Positions 27,190-39,750 of a DNA stretch of 64,000 nucleotides are shown here, piece after piece. Within the stretch, counting starts at the first letter, position 1. Every line of letters starts with the position of its first letter. Source of the stretch: Escherichia coli (GTDB lineage Bacteria > Pseudomonadota > Gammaproteobacteria > Enterobacterales > Enterobacteriaceae); assembly GCF_016026235.1 (NCBI RefSeq), contig NZ_CP065613.1. The stretch is one strand, 5' to 3'. Below the pieces are notes generated by a model. It did no database searches and was not told the origin of the DNA. It saw only the letters and a program-made list of their open reading frames with translations. A program made the position numbers and the translations under genes.

Positions 27190-27335
27190 TCTTCATCACT
27201 TTGACATACAACTCCCTTCAAACTCCCCCCGACAATAAGAAAATCACGTACTGAAATCGTTCTCAATCAACGTCAATTGTACATTTCGTGCGCTTTTTAC
27301 TTTCAGAAGAACCTTAAGAAAACCTTAAGAAGCAT

Positions 27336-27352
27336 TGTTTAGGTTTCGTTTA
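27336..27352 (+). promoter_or_regulatory. Candidate PhoP box upstream of yrbL
   Basis: tgtttaggtttcgttta matches the (T/G)GTTTA-N5-(T/G)GTTTA direct-repeat consensus, about 50 bp upstream of the yrbL ATG; yrbL is a known PhoP-regulated gene. Confidence 0.5.
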
Positions 27353-27402
27353 AGTTAATCGACCATACTGGAGATCGTCAGAAAATATTTCCAGGAGATG
27401 GC

Positions 27403-28035
27403 ATGATTCGCTTATCTGAACAAAGTCCCCTGGGCACCGGAAGACATCGGAAATGTTATGCGCATCCGGAAGATGCCCAACGCTGTATCAAGATTGTCTA
27501 CCATCGTGGCGATGGTGGCGATAAAGAGATCCGTCGTGAGTTAAAGTACTACGCGCATCTTGGTCGCCGGTTAAAAGACTGGAGTGGAATACCGCGCTAT
27601 CACGGTACCGTTGAGACGGATTGCGGAACCGGTTATGTCTACGATGTGATTGCCGATTTTGACGGCAAGCCCTCCATTACGCTGACCGAATTTGCTGAAC
27701 AATGCCGTTACGAAGAAGACGTTGCACAACTGCGCCAGTTACTGAAACAGCTGAAGCGTTATTTGCAGGATAACCGTATCGTGACGATGTCGCTGAAGCC
27801 GCAGAATATCCTCTGTCACCGCATTAGTGAGTCAGAGGTTATCCCCGTCGTCTGCGACAACATTGGTGAAAGCACATTGATTCCACTGGCGACCTGGTCA
27901 AAGTGGTGTTGTCTGCGTAAGCAAGAGCGGTTGTGGAAACGATTTATCGCCCAACCGGCGCTGGCTATTGCCCTGCAGAAAGATCTGCAACCTCGTGAGA
28001 GCAAAACGCTGGCCCTCGCTTCGCGCGAAGCTTAA
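27403..28035 (+). CDS. yrbL: PhoP-regulated kinase-like protein YrbL
   Basis: ORF track 210 aa, [39 protein letters not shown]... Confidence 0.88.
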   Translation: MIRLSEQSPLGTGRHRKCYAHPEDAQRCIKIVYHRGDGGDKEIRRELKYYAHLGRRLKDWSGIPRYHGTVETDCGTGYVYDVIADFDGKPSITLTEFAEQCRYEEDVAQLRQLLKQLKRYLQDNRIVTMSLKPQNILCHRISESEVIPVVCDNIGESTLIPLATWSKWCCLRKQERLWKRFIAQPALAIALQKDLQPRESKTLALASREA

Positions 28036-28760
28036 TCCAGCTGGTGTTGTTGCATAAACGGCTCACCGCCTAACTGATACATCTGCCGTAAAATCCACGC
28101 CTGACGGCTGCGCACGTAGCCCGATGGCGCGGAGACTTTGAAACGAAGTGGATTAGGTAATACAGCTGCCAGTAAGGCAGCTTCCGATCGGGTAAGTTTG
28201 CTCGCGGGTTTGTGGAAATAACGTTGTGCCGCAGCTTCGACGCCAAACACACCGTCGCCAAATTCGGCGATATTCAGGTAAACCGTCAGGATACGCTTTT
28301 TGCTCCAGACAGTTTCTATCCCCAGCGTTAATCCGGCTTCCAGCCCTTTTCGAACCCAGCTACGCCCATCCCATAAAAAGAGATTTTTGGCTGTCTGTTG
28401 AGAAATCGTTGAAGCACCGCGAATACGGTTTTCATTGCGCTCATTGTGCGCCAGGGCTTTCTCAATGGAAGCGACATCAAAGCCCCAGTGCTCAGGAAAT
28501 TTCTGATCTTCTGCGGCAATCACCGCCAGTCCCATCCACGGCGAGATTTGATCCATACTGACCCAGTCAGAATGTGCCACGTAACGAAAATTGCCATGCA
28601 GCCAGGCGCTGACCTGTCGCTCGACCATTACCGCTGAGAAGGGAACAGGCGCAACGCTAAACAACGCGATGCCCCCGCCCCAGTAAACGGCGAGGACAAC
28701 CATTAACCGCAGAAGAAAACGGCGAACAAAACTAAACACCGTTAAGCGGCTTTTACTCAT
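28032..28760 (-). CDS. mtgA: Monofunctional peptidoglycan glycosyltransferase MtgA
   Basis: ORF track 242 aa, ...[14 protein letters not shown]...[15 protein letters not shown]..., transglycosylase motifs. Confidence 0.94.
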   Translation of the reverse strand: MSKSRLTVFSFVRRFLLRLMVVLAVYWGGGIALFSVAPVPFSAVMVERQVSAWLHGNFRYVAHSDWVSMDQISPWMGLAVIAAEDQKFPEHWGFDVASIEKALAHNERNENRIRGASTISQQTAKNLFLWDGRSWVRKGLEAGLTLGIETVWSKKRILTVYLNIAEFGDGVFGVEAAAQRYFHKPASKLTRSEAALLAAVLPNPLRFKVSAPSGYVRSRQAWILRQMYQLGGEPFMQQHQLD

Positions 28761-29410
28761 TCAGCCAGAACCAGCACACGGGCAACCAGCTTATCAATGC
28801 CGCTCGCCGCTTCTGCAATGTTCTGCGCCAGCATATATGCTGGGGTGGTGACAATCTTATTGTCTTCATCAACCACGATATCATCGACAGGACACGGCAC
28901 ATGCTCCGCGCCCATCTCTTCCAGCACTTCTGCGGTATCGATATCAGTACCGATGGTCAAACGCAGCGGGAAATCGAAAATTTTCGGCAGCATCGCCGGG
29001 GCAATACACATAAAACCAAGCGGTTTTCCGGCCTGATGCATCGCTTGTGCCAGCGCCTTTAATTCACGGTCAACGGTGCATTCGCGACCAAGACTGGCAA
29101 AATTACTTAAATTCTTTGCCGCGCCAAACCCCCCCGGCACAATCAACGCATCCAGTTCAGCGGCATCGGCCTGGGCCAGAGGACGGATTTCACCGCGCGT
29201 TATTCGTGCCGCTTCAATCAGCACATTGCGCGTATCCGTCATCGCTTCGCCAGTTAAATGATTGATAACATCAACCTGCTGCTTATCAGGTGCAAAGCAG
29301 ACCGCCTGCGCACCGCTGCGTGAAATAGCTAACAACGTCAACACCGCTTCATGAATTTCAGAACCGTCATAGACGCCGCATCCGCTCAGAATTACGCCAA
29401 TTTTCTTCAT
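28757..29410 (-). CDS. elbB: DJ-1/PfpI-family glyoxalase-like protein ElbB (YhbL)
   Basis: ORF track 28757..29419; trimmed to [27 protein letters not shown]..., 217 aa. Confidence 0.92.
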   Translation of the reverse strand: MKKIGVILSGCGVYDGSEIHEAVLTLLAISRSGAQAVCFAPDKQQVDVINHLTGEAMTDTRNVLIEAARITRGEIRPLAQADAAELDALIVPGGFGAAKNLSNFASLGRECTVDRELKALAQAMHQAGKPLGFMCIAPAMLPKIFDFPLRLTIGTDIDTAEVLEEMGAEHVPCPVDDIVVDEDNKIVTTPAYMLAQNIAEAASGIDKLVARVLVLAE

Positions 29411-29527
29411 TGTGATCATCCTTTCGCAATTGACTGAAACACATTAATTTTTTTAATAAAAATGGTACGCATCACACATTTAACTGATTCATGTAACAAA
29501 TCATTTAAGTTTTGCTATCTTAACTGC

Positions 29528-29648
29528 GTGCGGCCTGAAAAACAGTGCTGTGCCCTTGTAACTCATCATAATAATTTACGGCGCAGCCAAGATTTCCCTG
29601 GTGTTGGCGCAGTATTCGCGCACCCCGGTCTAGCCGGGGTCATTTTTT
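29528..29648 (+). ncRNA. arcZ: Small regulatory RNA ArcZ (SraH/RyhA)
   Basis: Sequence GTGCGGCCTGAAAAACAGTGCTGTGCCCTTGTAACTCATCATAATAATTTACGGCGCAGCCAAG... ends in the hairpin caccccggtctagccggggtc plus T6; lies between elbB and arcB, convergent with arcB. Confidence 0.9.
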
Positions 29649-31976
29649 AGTGGCTTTTGCCACCCACGCTTTCAGCACTTCTACGTCGTGACGCCACTCT
29701 TCTTTCATCTCTTCAATCCATTCACCGACGTTATCTTCCCAGGCAGGAAGGTCAGGAGACTGAATTTGCTGACCCAGCTGTTGCAGATGGCGTAACCCCA
29801 CTGACCCCGCCGCACCTTTAATTTTATGTCCTTCCTCAACAATGCCTTTTTTATCCTGCGCCGTCAGATTCGACTCCAGCACGCTGACATAGCCCGGCAT
29901 CATCTTCTCAAACACCGCTAACCCGTCGGTGATCAGCTTCGGTCCTACAAGTTCGAGATACTGTTCCAGCATGGGAATATCGAGCAATGCTTCTGATTTA
30001 CTGTTCTCTTCTGTCGTCACCGTACTCTCCTCATCATCCTGGGTATCCCAGAATTTCTTGATCATCGCGGTTAGCGCCGGAACAGAAAGCGGCTTACTCA
30101 GCACATCATCCATTCCAGCATTGAGGTACTCTTGTTTGTCTTTCAGCACGTTAGCGGTTAAGGCCACCAGCGGCGGTAAATCCTCTCGCGGATAACGCTT
30201 CGTCAGTTCACGAGAGATATCCAGCCCGGTCATATCTGGCAACTGAATATCCAGTAACACCAGGTCGTATTCGCCCGGTTTAAACATCTCTAGCGCCGCC
30301 TTGCCGGTCATGGCGACATCAACGCTGTTACCTAATTTTTCCAGCACAGAACGCGCGACAATCACGTTCAGTTCAATGTCTTCCACCAGTAGCACATTCA
30401 GCGCCGGTAAAGGCATATCGTCTTCATCAAACGCATCATCGACCTCTTCTGCCACCGACGGTGCGTGGATCGTCAACGTAAAGGTTGAACCTTTGCCCTG
30501 TTCGCTGGTAACCGTAATATCGCCACCCATATTTTTCGCCAGACGACGAGAAACGGCCAGACCAATACCGGTGCCGGTGGCAGGTTTACCGCCATGACTG
30601 TCTTTCACCTGGTAATACATGGCGAAGATTTTATCCAGCTCATCCTGCGGAATGCCGATACCAGAATCTTCCACTTCAAAATGCAGCATATCGCCTTCAT
30701 CGTAGCGCACGCGCACGGTAACCTGGCCTTGCTGGGTGAATTTGACGGCGTTACTGATGAGGTTCCACAGGATCTGCCGTAAACGCGTCCCGTCGGTAAT
30801 GACCTGATGCGGTAATGGCAGCGTAGGCTCCAGGTTAAAGCGCAATCCTTTTTGTTGCGCCTGCAATGCGGAGAGATTTTCCAGATCGGCAAGGAAGCTG
30901 GTGAAATCAACCGGCTGATTATCAAGCTGGACCTTGCGCCGTTCCATCTTATCCATGTCGATAATATCGTTAAAGATATTCCCCAGCGTGACGGCCGAAA
31001 CATGGATAGTTTTGAGATATTTTTCCTGCTCGGCGGTGAGTTCGGTATCCAGCAGAATGCGGCTCAGGCCGACGATACCGTTCAGCGGTGTACGCAATTC
31101 GTGACTGATGGTGGAGATAAACGTCGTTTTGTCGCGGCTGGCCCGTTCAAGCGCATCCTGATACCGCTTACGCTCGGTAATGTCGCGACCAAAGCCCATC
31201 AAACCGTGACGTTTACCCACGCGGTCGTAGTACGGCACTTTACGGATTTCAAAGCAGGCTTTGCGCCCGTCCGGGTAATCCAGCCACTGTTCATAGGTCA
31301 GTGACACATTATGACGGAACACTTTTTCATCGGTTTCAATGACTTTCGCAGCGGCTTCCGGTGAGTAAACATCAGCAGGTTTCAGATGAACCAGTTGTTT
31401 TTCGCTTTTTCCGGTCAGCAGCTCCATCGCGCGGTTACAGCCGGAAAACTCTTTATCTTCGTTACGATAAAAAACCAGGTCGGGTGAAGCATCAAGGAAG
31501 GAACGTAAGAATGAGGATTGCTGCTCGAGCTGAATTTGTGTCTCTTCGCGCTCTTTGATTTCAATTTTCAGTTGGCCGAAGGTTTCCTGCAGTTCTGCTT
31601 CCGCTTTTTCACGAACGGCAATTTCCTGATTTAGCTGGGCAATATTATCTTTTAACTGAACGTTGAGGCTCAAATCGCGCTCGCGCATCTCCTCCAGTTT
31701 TTGCACCAGCCGTGACAGACGTTGTCGTGACTCCTCCAGTTGCTCGACGACCACCGATAGAAAGTAGACCGCCCACGGCGTAATCAGCAAACCAAAGAAG
31801 ATAGAACGAATAACATCAATGCTTTCGACCTGACCATGCAGCACCATGGTTACCGCCATTTGTACCACAATGGCAAGAACGACGAGGGCCAGCGCCAGCA
31901 ACATTGAGAAGCGCACCAGACCTAACTTCATCATCAGGTCAACATAATACTGCGCCAGCAGACGAATTTGCTTCAT
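29640..31976 (-). CDS. arcB: Aerobic respiration control sensor kinase ArcB
   Basis: ORF track 778 aa, MKQIRLLAQYYVDLMMKLGLVRFSMLL...; HisKA H-box ISHELRTPLNG, receiver and Hpt domains. Confidence 0.96.
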   Translation of the reverse strand: MKQIRLLAQYYVDLMMKLGLVRFSMLLALALVVLAIVVQMAVTMVLHGQVESIDVIRSIFFGLLITPWAVYFLSVVVEQLEESRQRLSRLVQKLEEMRERDLSLNVQLKDNIAQLNQEIAVREKAEAELQETFGQLKIEIKEREETQIQLEQQSSFLRSFLDASPDLVFYRNEDKEFSGCNRAMELLTGKSEKQLVHLKPADVYSPEAAAKVIETDEKVFRHNVSLTYEQWLDYPDGRKACFEIRKVPYYDRVGKRHGLMGFGRDITERKRYQDALERASRDKTTFISTISHELRTPLNGIVGLSRILLDTELTAEQEKYLKTIHVSAVTLGNIFNDIIDMDKMERRKVQLDNQPVDFTSFLADLENLSALQAQQKGLRFNLEPTLPLPHQVITDGTRLRQILWNLISNAVKFTQQGQVTVRVRYDEGDMLHFEVEDSGIGIPQDELDKIFAMYYQVKDSHGGKPATGTGIGLAVSRRLAKNMGGDITVTSEQGKGSTFTLTIHAPSVAEEVDDAFDEDDMPLPALNVLLVEDIELNVIVARSVLEKLGNSVDVAMTGKAALEMFKPGEYDLVLLDIQLPDMTGLDISRELTKRYPREDLPPLVALTANVLKDKQEYLNAGMDDVLSKPLSVPALTAMIKKFWDTQDDEESTVTTEENSKSEALLDIPMLEQYLELVGPKLITDGLAVFEKMMPGYVSVLESNLTAQDKKGIVEEGHKIKGAAGSVGLRHLQQLGQQIQSPDLPAWEDNVGEWIEEMKEEWRHDVEVLKAWVAKATKK

Positions 31977-32071
31977 TAGGGAATTCCTTCACGACAACCT
32001 GCCCCAATAATACCCAATTCTGACAGTTACGTTATAAATTGTGTGAGAAATGCGGAATTCCCCTCAACGAC

Positions 32072-33001
32072 CTACTCCGTTGGAGGTAGCCACGGACGTC
32101 CCAGCGCCGATCCCTGTACGCCATGTTCATTCAGATAGCGATCCAGCTCGACCATTCCCGTCCATCGATTTTCGCACCACAGCGGAGCAAGCAGCGTCGG
32201 GCGACGGGCGCTGGCGGAAATGCGGTGGTAGATCACTTCCGGTGGCGTATGGCGAATCATTTCTCCGGCAGTGAGCGTGTAATCCTCCAGTTCAATACCG
32301 TTCAAACGCCCCGCTTCCCAGGCTTTCGCCATAATGCTGCCTTTCACAATATGCAGCGGATGCAGCTTTATGCCGTCCACGCCGGTTTCAACCACTCGCT
32401 CCAGCGTTTGCAAACATTCAGCCTGCCCTTCGCCAGGCAGGCCGACAATTAAGTGGGAACACACCTTCAGCCCGCGCTGACGTGCCAGCTGGGTTGTACG
32501 CTGATAACAGGCAAAATCATGGCCGCGGTTGATGCGATGCAGTGTTTTGTCGTGGGCGGTTTGTAGCCCCAGCTCCAGCCACACTTCGTAACCCTGGTCC
32601 TTATATTCGCAAAGCAGATCCAGCACCGCATCCGGCACGCAGTCCGGGCGGGTACCAACACACAAACCGACAATATTGGCCTGGCTCACCGCCTGCTGAT
32701 ACATAGAACGCAGCACCTGAACTTCCGCAAAGGTGCTGGTATACGCCTGAAAGTAGGCCAGATAGCGTTTAGCGCGGTTAACTAAATTCGCCTGGTGCGC
32801 CAGTTGCTCGGCAATGGAACGATGCTGCTGCGCTTCATCGGCAAACGAGGCCACATTACAGAATGTGCAGCCACCACGCCCGATGGTACCGTCACGGTTA
32901 GGGCAGCTAAAACCGCCGTGCAGCGTCAGCTTATGCACCTTTTGCCCATAACGACGGGTGAGATCACCACCAAACATATTGACTAATTTCTGTAACTGCA
33001 T
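32072..33001 (-). CDS. yhcC: Radical SAM protein YhcC
   Basis: ORF track 32072..33034; trimmed to MQLQKLVNMFGGDLTRRYGQKVHKLTLHGGFSCPNRDG..., 309 aa. Confidence 0.9.
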   Translation of the reverse strand: MQLQKLVNMFGGDLTRRYGQKVHKLTLHGGFSCPNRDGTIGRGGCTFCNVASFADEAQQHRSIAEQLAHQANLVNRAKRYLAYFQAYTSTFAEVQVLRSMYQQAVSQANIVGLCVGTRPDCVPDAVLDLLCEYKDQGYEVWLELGLQTAHDKTLHRINRGHDFACYQRTTQLARQRGLKVCSHLIVGLPGEGQAECLQTLERVVETGVDGIKLHPLHIVKGSIMAKAWEAGRLNGIELEDYTLTAGEMIRHTPPEVIYHRISASARRPTLLAPLWCENRWTGMVELDRYLNEHGVQGSALGRPWLPPTE

Positions 33002-33675
33002 AATCTGATAGACCGCGCCTTGAAAAGAGGCCAAAGCCTGCCATTTTTAGCTCAATTCGGCGATGACCTGGATCAATCGTCCCGGCCTGCTTTTATCAAC
33101 TGCATAATCAATCAAAATTACCGAAATTTCATGCATAATCACATAAATCACTTTTGCTTATCTTGTGTCAGATTTTTTTATCTCCTTATGGATTTTAGGC
33201 AAAAACAGTAGCATGAAACGTCATTACCAATTAAGGCAGTATAAAATGCTGGTTTTCTCGTCAGTTCAAGGCAGGATAAGGGTTAACACGCCTTTATGAC
33301 AGTCAGGAATTGACTGTTTCTCTAACGACTTCCCTTTTAGCCTTAAAGATAAAATCTATTTTAATTTCAGTCATTTAATAAAGAATTTTGCGCTAAAGCA
33401 CATTTCTGTACCAATAAGCTTGCCATTTGACCTGTATCAGCTTTCCCGATAAGTTGGAAATCCGCTGGAAGCTTTCTGGATGAGCAGCCTGCTCATCATA
33501 TTTATGCAGTAATTGAGATCCCCTCTTCACCGTATTAACCGATGCGAAAAGGACAACAAGGGGGCGAATGCGAGGCGCGCGTATGACACGCAAACCCCGT
33601 CGCCACGCTCTTTCTGTGCCCGTGCGCAGCGGTTCGGAAGTGGGGTTCCCGCAGAGCCTGGGGGAGGTTCACGAT

Positions 33676-36600
33676 ATGTTGTACGATAAATCCCTTGAGA
33701 GGGATAACTGTGGTTTCGGCCTGATCGCCCACATAGAAGGCGAACCTAGCCACAAGGTAGTGCGTACTGCAATACACGCACTGGCCCGCATGCAGCACCG
33801 TGGCGCGATTCTCGCCGATGGTAAAACCGGCGACGGTTGCGGCTTGCTGTTACAAAAACCGGATCGCTTTTTTCGCATCGTTGCGCAGGAGCGCGGCTGG
33901 CGTTTAGCAAAAAACTACGCTGTCGGGATGCTCTTCCTGAATAAAGATCCTGAACTCGCTGCTGCCGCACGCCTCATCGTTGAAGAAGAGCTGCAACGCG
34001 AAACCTTGTCGATTGTGGGCTGGCGAGATGTCCCCACTAACGAAGGCGTGCTGGGTGAAATCGCCCTCTCCTCTCTGCCACGCATTGAGCAAATTTTTGT
34101 GAACGCCCCAGCAGGCTGGCGTCCACGCGATATGGAGCGCCGTCTGTTTATCGCCCGCCGCCGCATTGAAAAGCGTCTCGAAGCCGACAAAGACTTCTAC
34201 GTCTGTAGCCTGTCGAATCTGGTGAACATCTATAAAGGTCTGTGTATGCCGGCGGATCTGCCGCGCTTTTATCTGGATCTTGCGGACCTGCGTCTGGAAT
34301 CGGCCATTTGCCTGTTCCACCAGCGCTTCTCCACTAACACCGTACCACGCTGGCCGCTGGCGCAACCGTTCCGCTACCTGGCGCATAACGGTGAAATCAA
34401 CACTATCACCGGTAACCGCCAATGGGCGCGTGCGCGTACCTATAAATTCCAGACGCCGCTGATCCCTGACCTGCACGACGCCGCACCGTTCGTCAACGAA
34501 ACCGGCTCTGACTCCAGTTCGATGGATAACATGCTGGAACTGCTGCTGGCAGGCGGGATGGATATCATCCGCGCCATGCGTCTATTAGTACCACCCTCCT
34601 GGCAGAACAACCCGGATATGGACCCGGAACTGCGTGCCTTCTTTGACTTTAACTCCATGCATATGGAGCCGTGGGATGGCCCGGCGGGCATCGTGATGTC
34701 TGACGGTCGTTTTGCTGCCTGTAACCTCGACCGTAACGGTCTGCGTCCGGCGCGCTACGTCATCACCAAAGATAAGCTCATCACCTGCGCCTCTGAAGTC
34801 GGTATCTGGGATTACCAGCCTGACGAAGTGGTCGAAAAAGGCCGCGTCGGGCCAGGCGAACTGATGGTTATCGACACCCGCAGTGGGCGTATTCTGCACT
34901 CGGCAGAAACCGATGACGATCTGAAAAGCCGCCATCCATATAAAGAGTGGATGGAGAAAAACGTCCGCCGACTGGTACCGTTTGAAGATCTGCCCGATGA
35001 AGAAGTGGGTAGCCGCGAACTGGACGACGACACGCTTGCCAGCTACCAGAAACAGTTTAACTACAGCGCGGAAGAGCTGGACTCCGTAATTCGCGTACTG
35101 GGCGAAAACGGTCAGGAAGCGGTCGGTTCGATGGGCGATGATACCCCATTCGCCGTGCTCTCCAGTCAGCCGCGCATTATTTACGACTACTTCCGCCAGC
35201 AGTTTGCCCAGGTGACTAACCCGCCAATCGACCCGCTGCGTGAAGCGCATGTTATGTCGCTCGCCACCAGCATTGGTCGTGAAATGAACGTCTTCTGTGA
35301 AGCAGAGGGCCAGGCGCACCGTTTAAGCTTTAAATCGCCGATTCTGCTCTACTCCGATTTCAAACAGCTCACGACGATGAAAGAGGAGCACTACCGCGCA
35401 GATACGCTGGATATCACCTTTGACGTCACTAAAACCACGCTCGAAGCGACAGTCAAAGAGCTGTGCGACAAAGCCGAAAAAATGGTACGTAGCGGCACCG
35501 TGTTGCTGGTGCTCTCCGACCGGAATATCGCTAAAGATCGCCTGCCGGTTCCGGCTCCGATGGCGGTTGGCGCGATCCAGACCCGTCTGGTCGATCAAAG
35601 CCTGCGCTGCGATGCCAACATCATCGTCGAAACCGCCAGCGCCCGCGATCCGCACCACTTCGCCGTGTTGCTGGGCTTCGGCGCGACGGCTATTTATCCA
35701 TACCTTGCCTATGAAACGCTGGGCCGCCTGGTAGACACCCATGCGATTGCCAAAGATTATCGTACCGTGATGCTCAACTACCGTAACGGCATCAACAAAG
35801 GCTTGTACAAAATCATGTCCAAAATGGGCATCTCCACCATCGCCTCTTACCGCTGCTCGAAACTGTTTGAAGCGGTCGGTCTACACGATGATGTAGTGGG
35901 CCTGTGCTTCCAGGGGGCGGTCAGCCGCATTGGGGGGGCGAGCTTTGAAGACTTCCAGCAGGATCTGCTGAATCTGTCGAAACGTGCCTGGCTGGCGCGT
36001 AAGCCCATCAGCCAGGGCGGCCTGCTGAAATACGTCCACGGCGGCGAATACCACGCCTACAACCCGGACGTGGTGCGCACGCTGCAACAAGCGGTACAAA
36101 GCGGCGAGTACAGCGACTATCAGGAATACGCGAAGCTGGTTAATGAGCGTCCGGCAACCACGCTGCGCGATCTGCTGGCAATTACGCCGGGTGAAAACGC
36201 GGTCAACATTGCTGATGTTGAACCGGCAAGCGAACTGTTTAAACGCTTCGATACCGCTGCGATGTCTATCGGCGCGTTAAGCCCGGAAGCCCACGAGGCG
36301 CTGGCGGAAGCGATGAACAGCATCGGCGGTAACTCAAACTCCGGTGAAGGCGGTGAAGATCCGGCGCGCTACGGCACCAACAAAGTGTCGCGCATCAAGC
36401 AGGTGGCTTCCGGTCGCTTTGGGGTTACTCCGGCGTATCTGGTCAATGCCGACGTCATTCAGATTAAAGTCGCCCAGGGCGCGAAGCCGGGCGAAGGCGG
36501 TCAGTTGCCGGGTGATAAAGTCACTCCTTACATCGCCAAACTGCGCTATTCGGTGCCCGGAGTGACGCTGATCTCCCCGCCGCCGCACCACGATATCTAC

Positions 36601-38136
36601 TCTATCGAGGACTTAGCGCAGCTCATTTTCGACCTCAAGCAGGTTAACCCGAAAGCGATGATCTCCGTGAAGCTGGTTTCCGAACCGGGCGTAGGCACCA
36701 TCGCGACTGGCGTGGCAAAAGCTTATGCCGATTTAATCACCATCGCAGGCTATGACGGCGGCACCGGCGCAAGTCCGCTTTCATCGGTGAAATACGCAGG
36801 CTGTCCGTGGGAGCTGGGGCTTGTTGAAACCCAGCAGGCGCTGGTTGCTAACGGCTTGCGTCACAAGATCCGTTTGCAGGTCGATGGCGGCCTGAAAACG
36901 GGTGTCGATATCATCAAGGCGGCGATTCTCGGCGCAGAAAGCTTCGGCTTCGGCACTGGCCCTATGGTGGCGCTCGGCTGTAAATATCTACGTATTTGCC
37001 ATCTGAACAACTGCGCAACGGGTGTAGCAACTCAGGATGACAAACTGCGTAAGAACCACTATCACGGCCTGCCGTTCAAGGTTACCAATTACTTTGAATT
37101 TATTGCCCGTGAAACCCGCGAGCTGATGGCACAGCTGGGCGTAACGCGTCTGGTGGATCTGATTGGTCGCACCGACCTGCTGAAAGAACTGGACGGTTTC
37201 ACCGCCAAACAGCAAAAACTGGCGCTGTCGAAGCTGCTGGAGACCGCCGAACCGCATCCAGGTAAGGCACTCTACTGCACCGAAAACAACCCGCCGTTTG
37301 ATAACGGCCTGCTGAACGCGCAGTTGCTGCAACAGGCGAAACCGTTTGTCGATGAGCGCCAGAGCAAAACCTTCTGGTTCGATATTCGCAACACCGACCG
37401 TTCTGTCGGCGCGTCGCTTTCAGGCTATATCGCCCAGACGCACGGCGATCAGGGGCTGGCAGCCGATCCTATCAAAGCGTACTTCAACGGCACCGCAGGC
37501 CAGAGCTTCGGCGTGTGGAACGCGGGCGGCGTGGAACTGTACCTGACCGGTGATGCCAACGACTATGTCGGTAAAGGCATGGCGGGCGGCTTAATCGCCA
37601 TTCGTCCTCCGGTTGGTTCCGCCTTCCGCAGCCATGAAGCAAGCATTATCGGCAACACCTGCCTGTATGGCGCGACCGGTGGTCGTCTGTATGCCGCAGG
37701 CCGCGCGGGTGAACGTTTCGGCGTGCGGAACTCCGGTGCTATCACCGTGGTAGAAGGCATTGGCGACAACGGCTGTGAATATATGACGGGCGGTATAGTC
37801 TGTATTCTGGGTAAAACCGGCGTGAACTTCGGCGCGGGCATGACTGGCGGCTTCGCTTACGTTCTCGATGAAAGCGGCGATTTCCGCAAACGCGTTAACC
37901 CGGAACTGGTCGAGGTCTTAAGCGTTGACGATCTGGCGATCCATGAAGAGCATCTGCGTGGTCTTATCACCGAGCATGTTCAGCATACCGGTTCTCAGCG
38001 TGGTGAAGAGATTCTGGCGAACTGGTCAACCTTCGCCACTAAATTTGCGCTGGTTAAACCGAAGTCCAGTGATGTAAAAGCACTGCTGGGTCACCGTAGT
38101 CGTAGCGCAGCAGAGTTGCGCGTGCAGGCGCAGTAA
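33676..38136 (+). CDS. gltB: Glutamate synthase (NADPH) large subunit GltB
   Basis: ORF track 33568..38136; start placed at the ATG giving [23 protein letters not shown]..., 1486 aa with Ntn Cys; in-frame upstream ATGs at 33568 and 33583 are alternative starts. Confidence 0.93.
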   Translation: MLYDKSLERDNCGFGLIAHIEGEPSHKVVRTAIHALARMQHRGAILADGKTGDGCGLLLQKPDRFFRIVAQERGWRLAKNYAVGMLFLNKDPELAAAARLIVEEELQRETLSIVGWRDVPTNEGVLGEIALSSLPRIEQIFVNAPAGWRPRDMERRLFIARRRIEKRLEADKDFYVCSLSNLVNIYKGLCMPADLPRFYLDLADLRLESAICLFHQRFSTNTVPRWPLAQPFRYLAHNGEINTITGNRQWARARTYKFQTPLIPDLHDAAPFVNETGSDSSSMDNMLELLLAGGMDIIRAMRLLVPPSWQNNPDMDPELRAFFDFNSMHMEPWDGPAGIVMSDGRFAACNLDRNGLRPARYVITKDKLITCASEVGIWDYQPDEVVEKGRVGPGELMVIDTRSGRILHSAETDDDLKSRHPYKEWMEKNVRRLVPFEDLPDEEVGSRELDDDTLASYQKQFNYSAEELDSVIRVLGENGQEAVGSMGDDTPFAVLSSQPRIIYDYFRQQFAQVTNPPIDPLREAHVMSLATSIGREMNVFCEAEGQAHRLSFKSPILLYSDFKQLTTMKEEHYRADTLDITFDVTKTTLEATVKELCDKAEKMVRSGTVLLVLSDRNIAKDRLPVPAPMAVGAIQTRLVDQSLRCDANIIVETASARDPHHFAVLLGFGATAIYPYLAYETLGRLVDTHAIAKDYRTVMLNYRNGINKGLYKIMSKMGISTIASYRCSKLFEAVGLHDDVVGLCFQGAVSRIGGASFEDFQQDLLNLSKRAWLARKPISQGGLLKYVHGGEYHAYNPDVVRTLQQAVQSGEYSDYQEYAKLVNERPATTLRDLLAITPGENAVNIADVEPASELFKRFDTAAMSIGALSPEAHEALAEAMNSIGGNSNSGEGGEDPARYGTNKVSRIKQVASGRFGVTPAYLVNADVIQIKVAQGAKPGEGGQLPGDKVTPYIAKLRYSVPGVTLISPPPHHDIYSIEDLAQLIFDLKQVNPKAMISVKLVSEPGVGTIATGVAKAYADLITIAGYDGGTGASPLSSVKYAGCPWELGLVETQQALVANGLRHKIRLQVDGGLKTGVDIIKAAILGAESFGFGTGPMVALGCKYLRICHLNNCATGVATQDDKLRKNHYHGLPFKVTNYFEFIARETRELMAQLGVTRLVDLIGRTDLLKELDGFTAKQQKLALSKLLETAEPHPGKALYCTENNPPFDNGLLNAQLLQQAKPFVDERQSKTFWFDIRNTDRSVGASLSGYIAQTHGDQGLAADPIKAYFNGTAGQSFGVWNAGGVELYLTGDANDYVGKGMAGGLIAIRPPVGSAFRSHEASIIGNTCLYGATGGRLYAAGRAGERFGVRNSGAITVVEGIGDNGCEYMTGGIVCILGKTGVNFGAGMTGGFAYVLDESGDFRKRVNPELVEVLSVDDLAIHEEHLRGLITEHVQHTGSQRGEEILANWSTFATKFALVKPKSSDVKALLGHRSRSAAELRVQAQ

Positions 38137-39567
<1,431 letters not shown>

Positions 39568-39750
39568 GCTCTGTCCCAGCGCCGCCTCCTCAGAAAAGAG
39601 TCGGCGCTGAAATTCTCCTTTCGTTCTGGAAAGCGCCTCGCATAATCTGAAGAAAACCAATGTAATACGCACATCTGGATTGTTACCGGCAGATGCCCGG
39701 CGTATAGCTGATTCCATTATTCAACACTGCGCCATATAAAGGGAAAGATA

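Noticed and set aside
33904-35319. Several 190-244 aa minus-strand ORFs
   Set aside because: All lie antisense within gltB; no independent start context and no recognisable motifs
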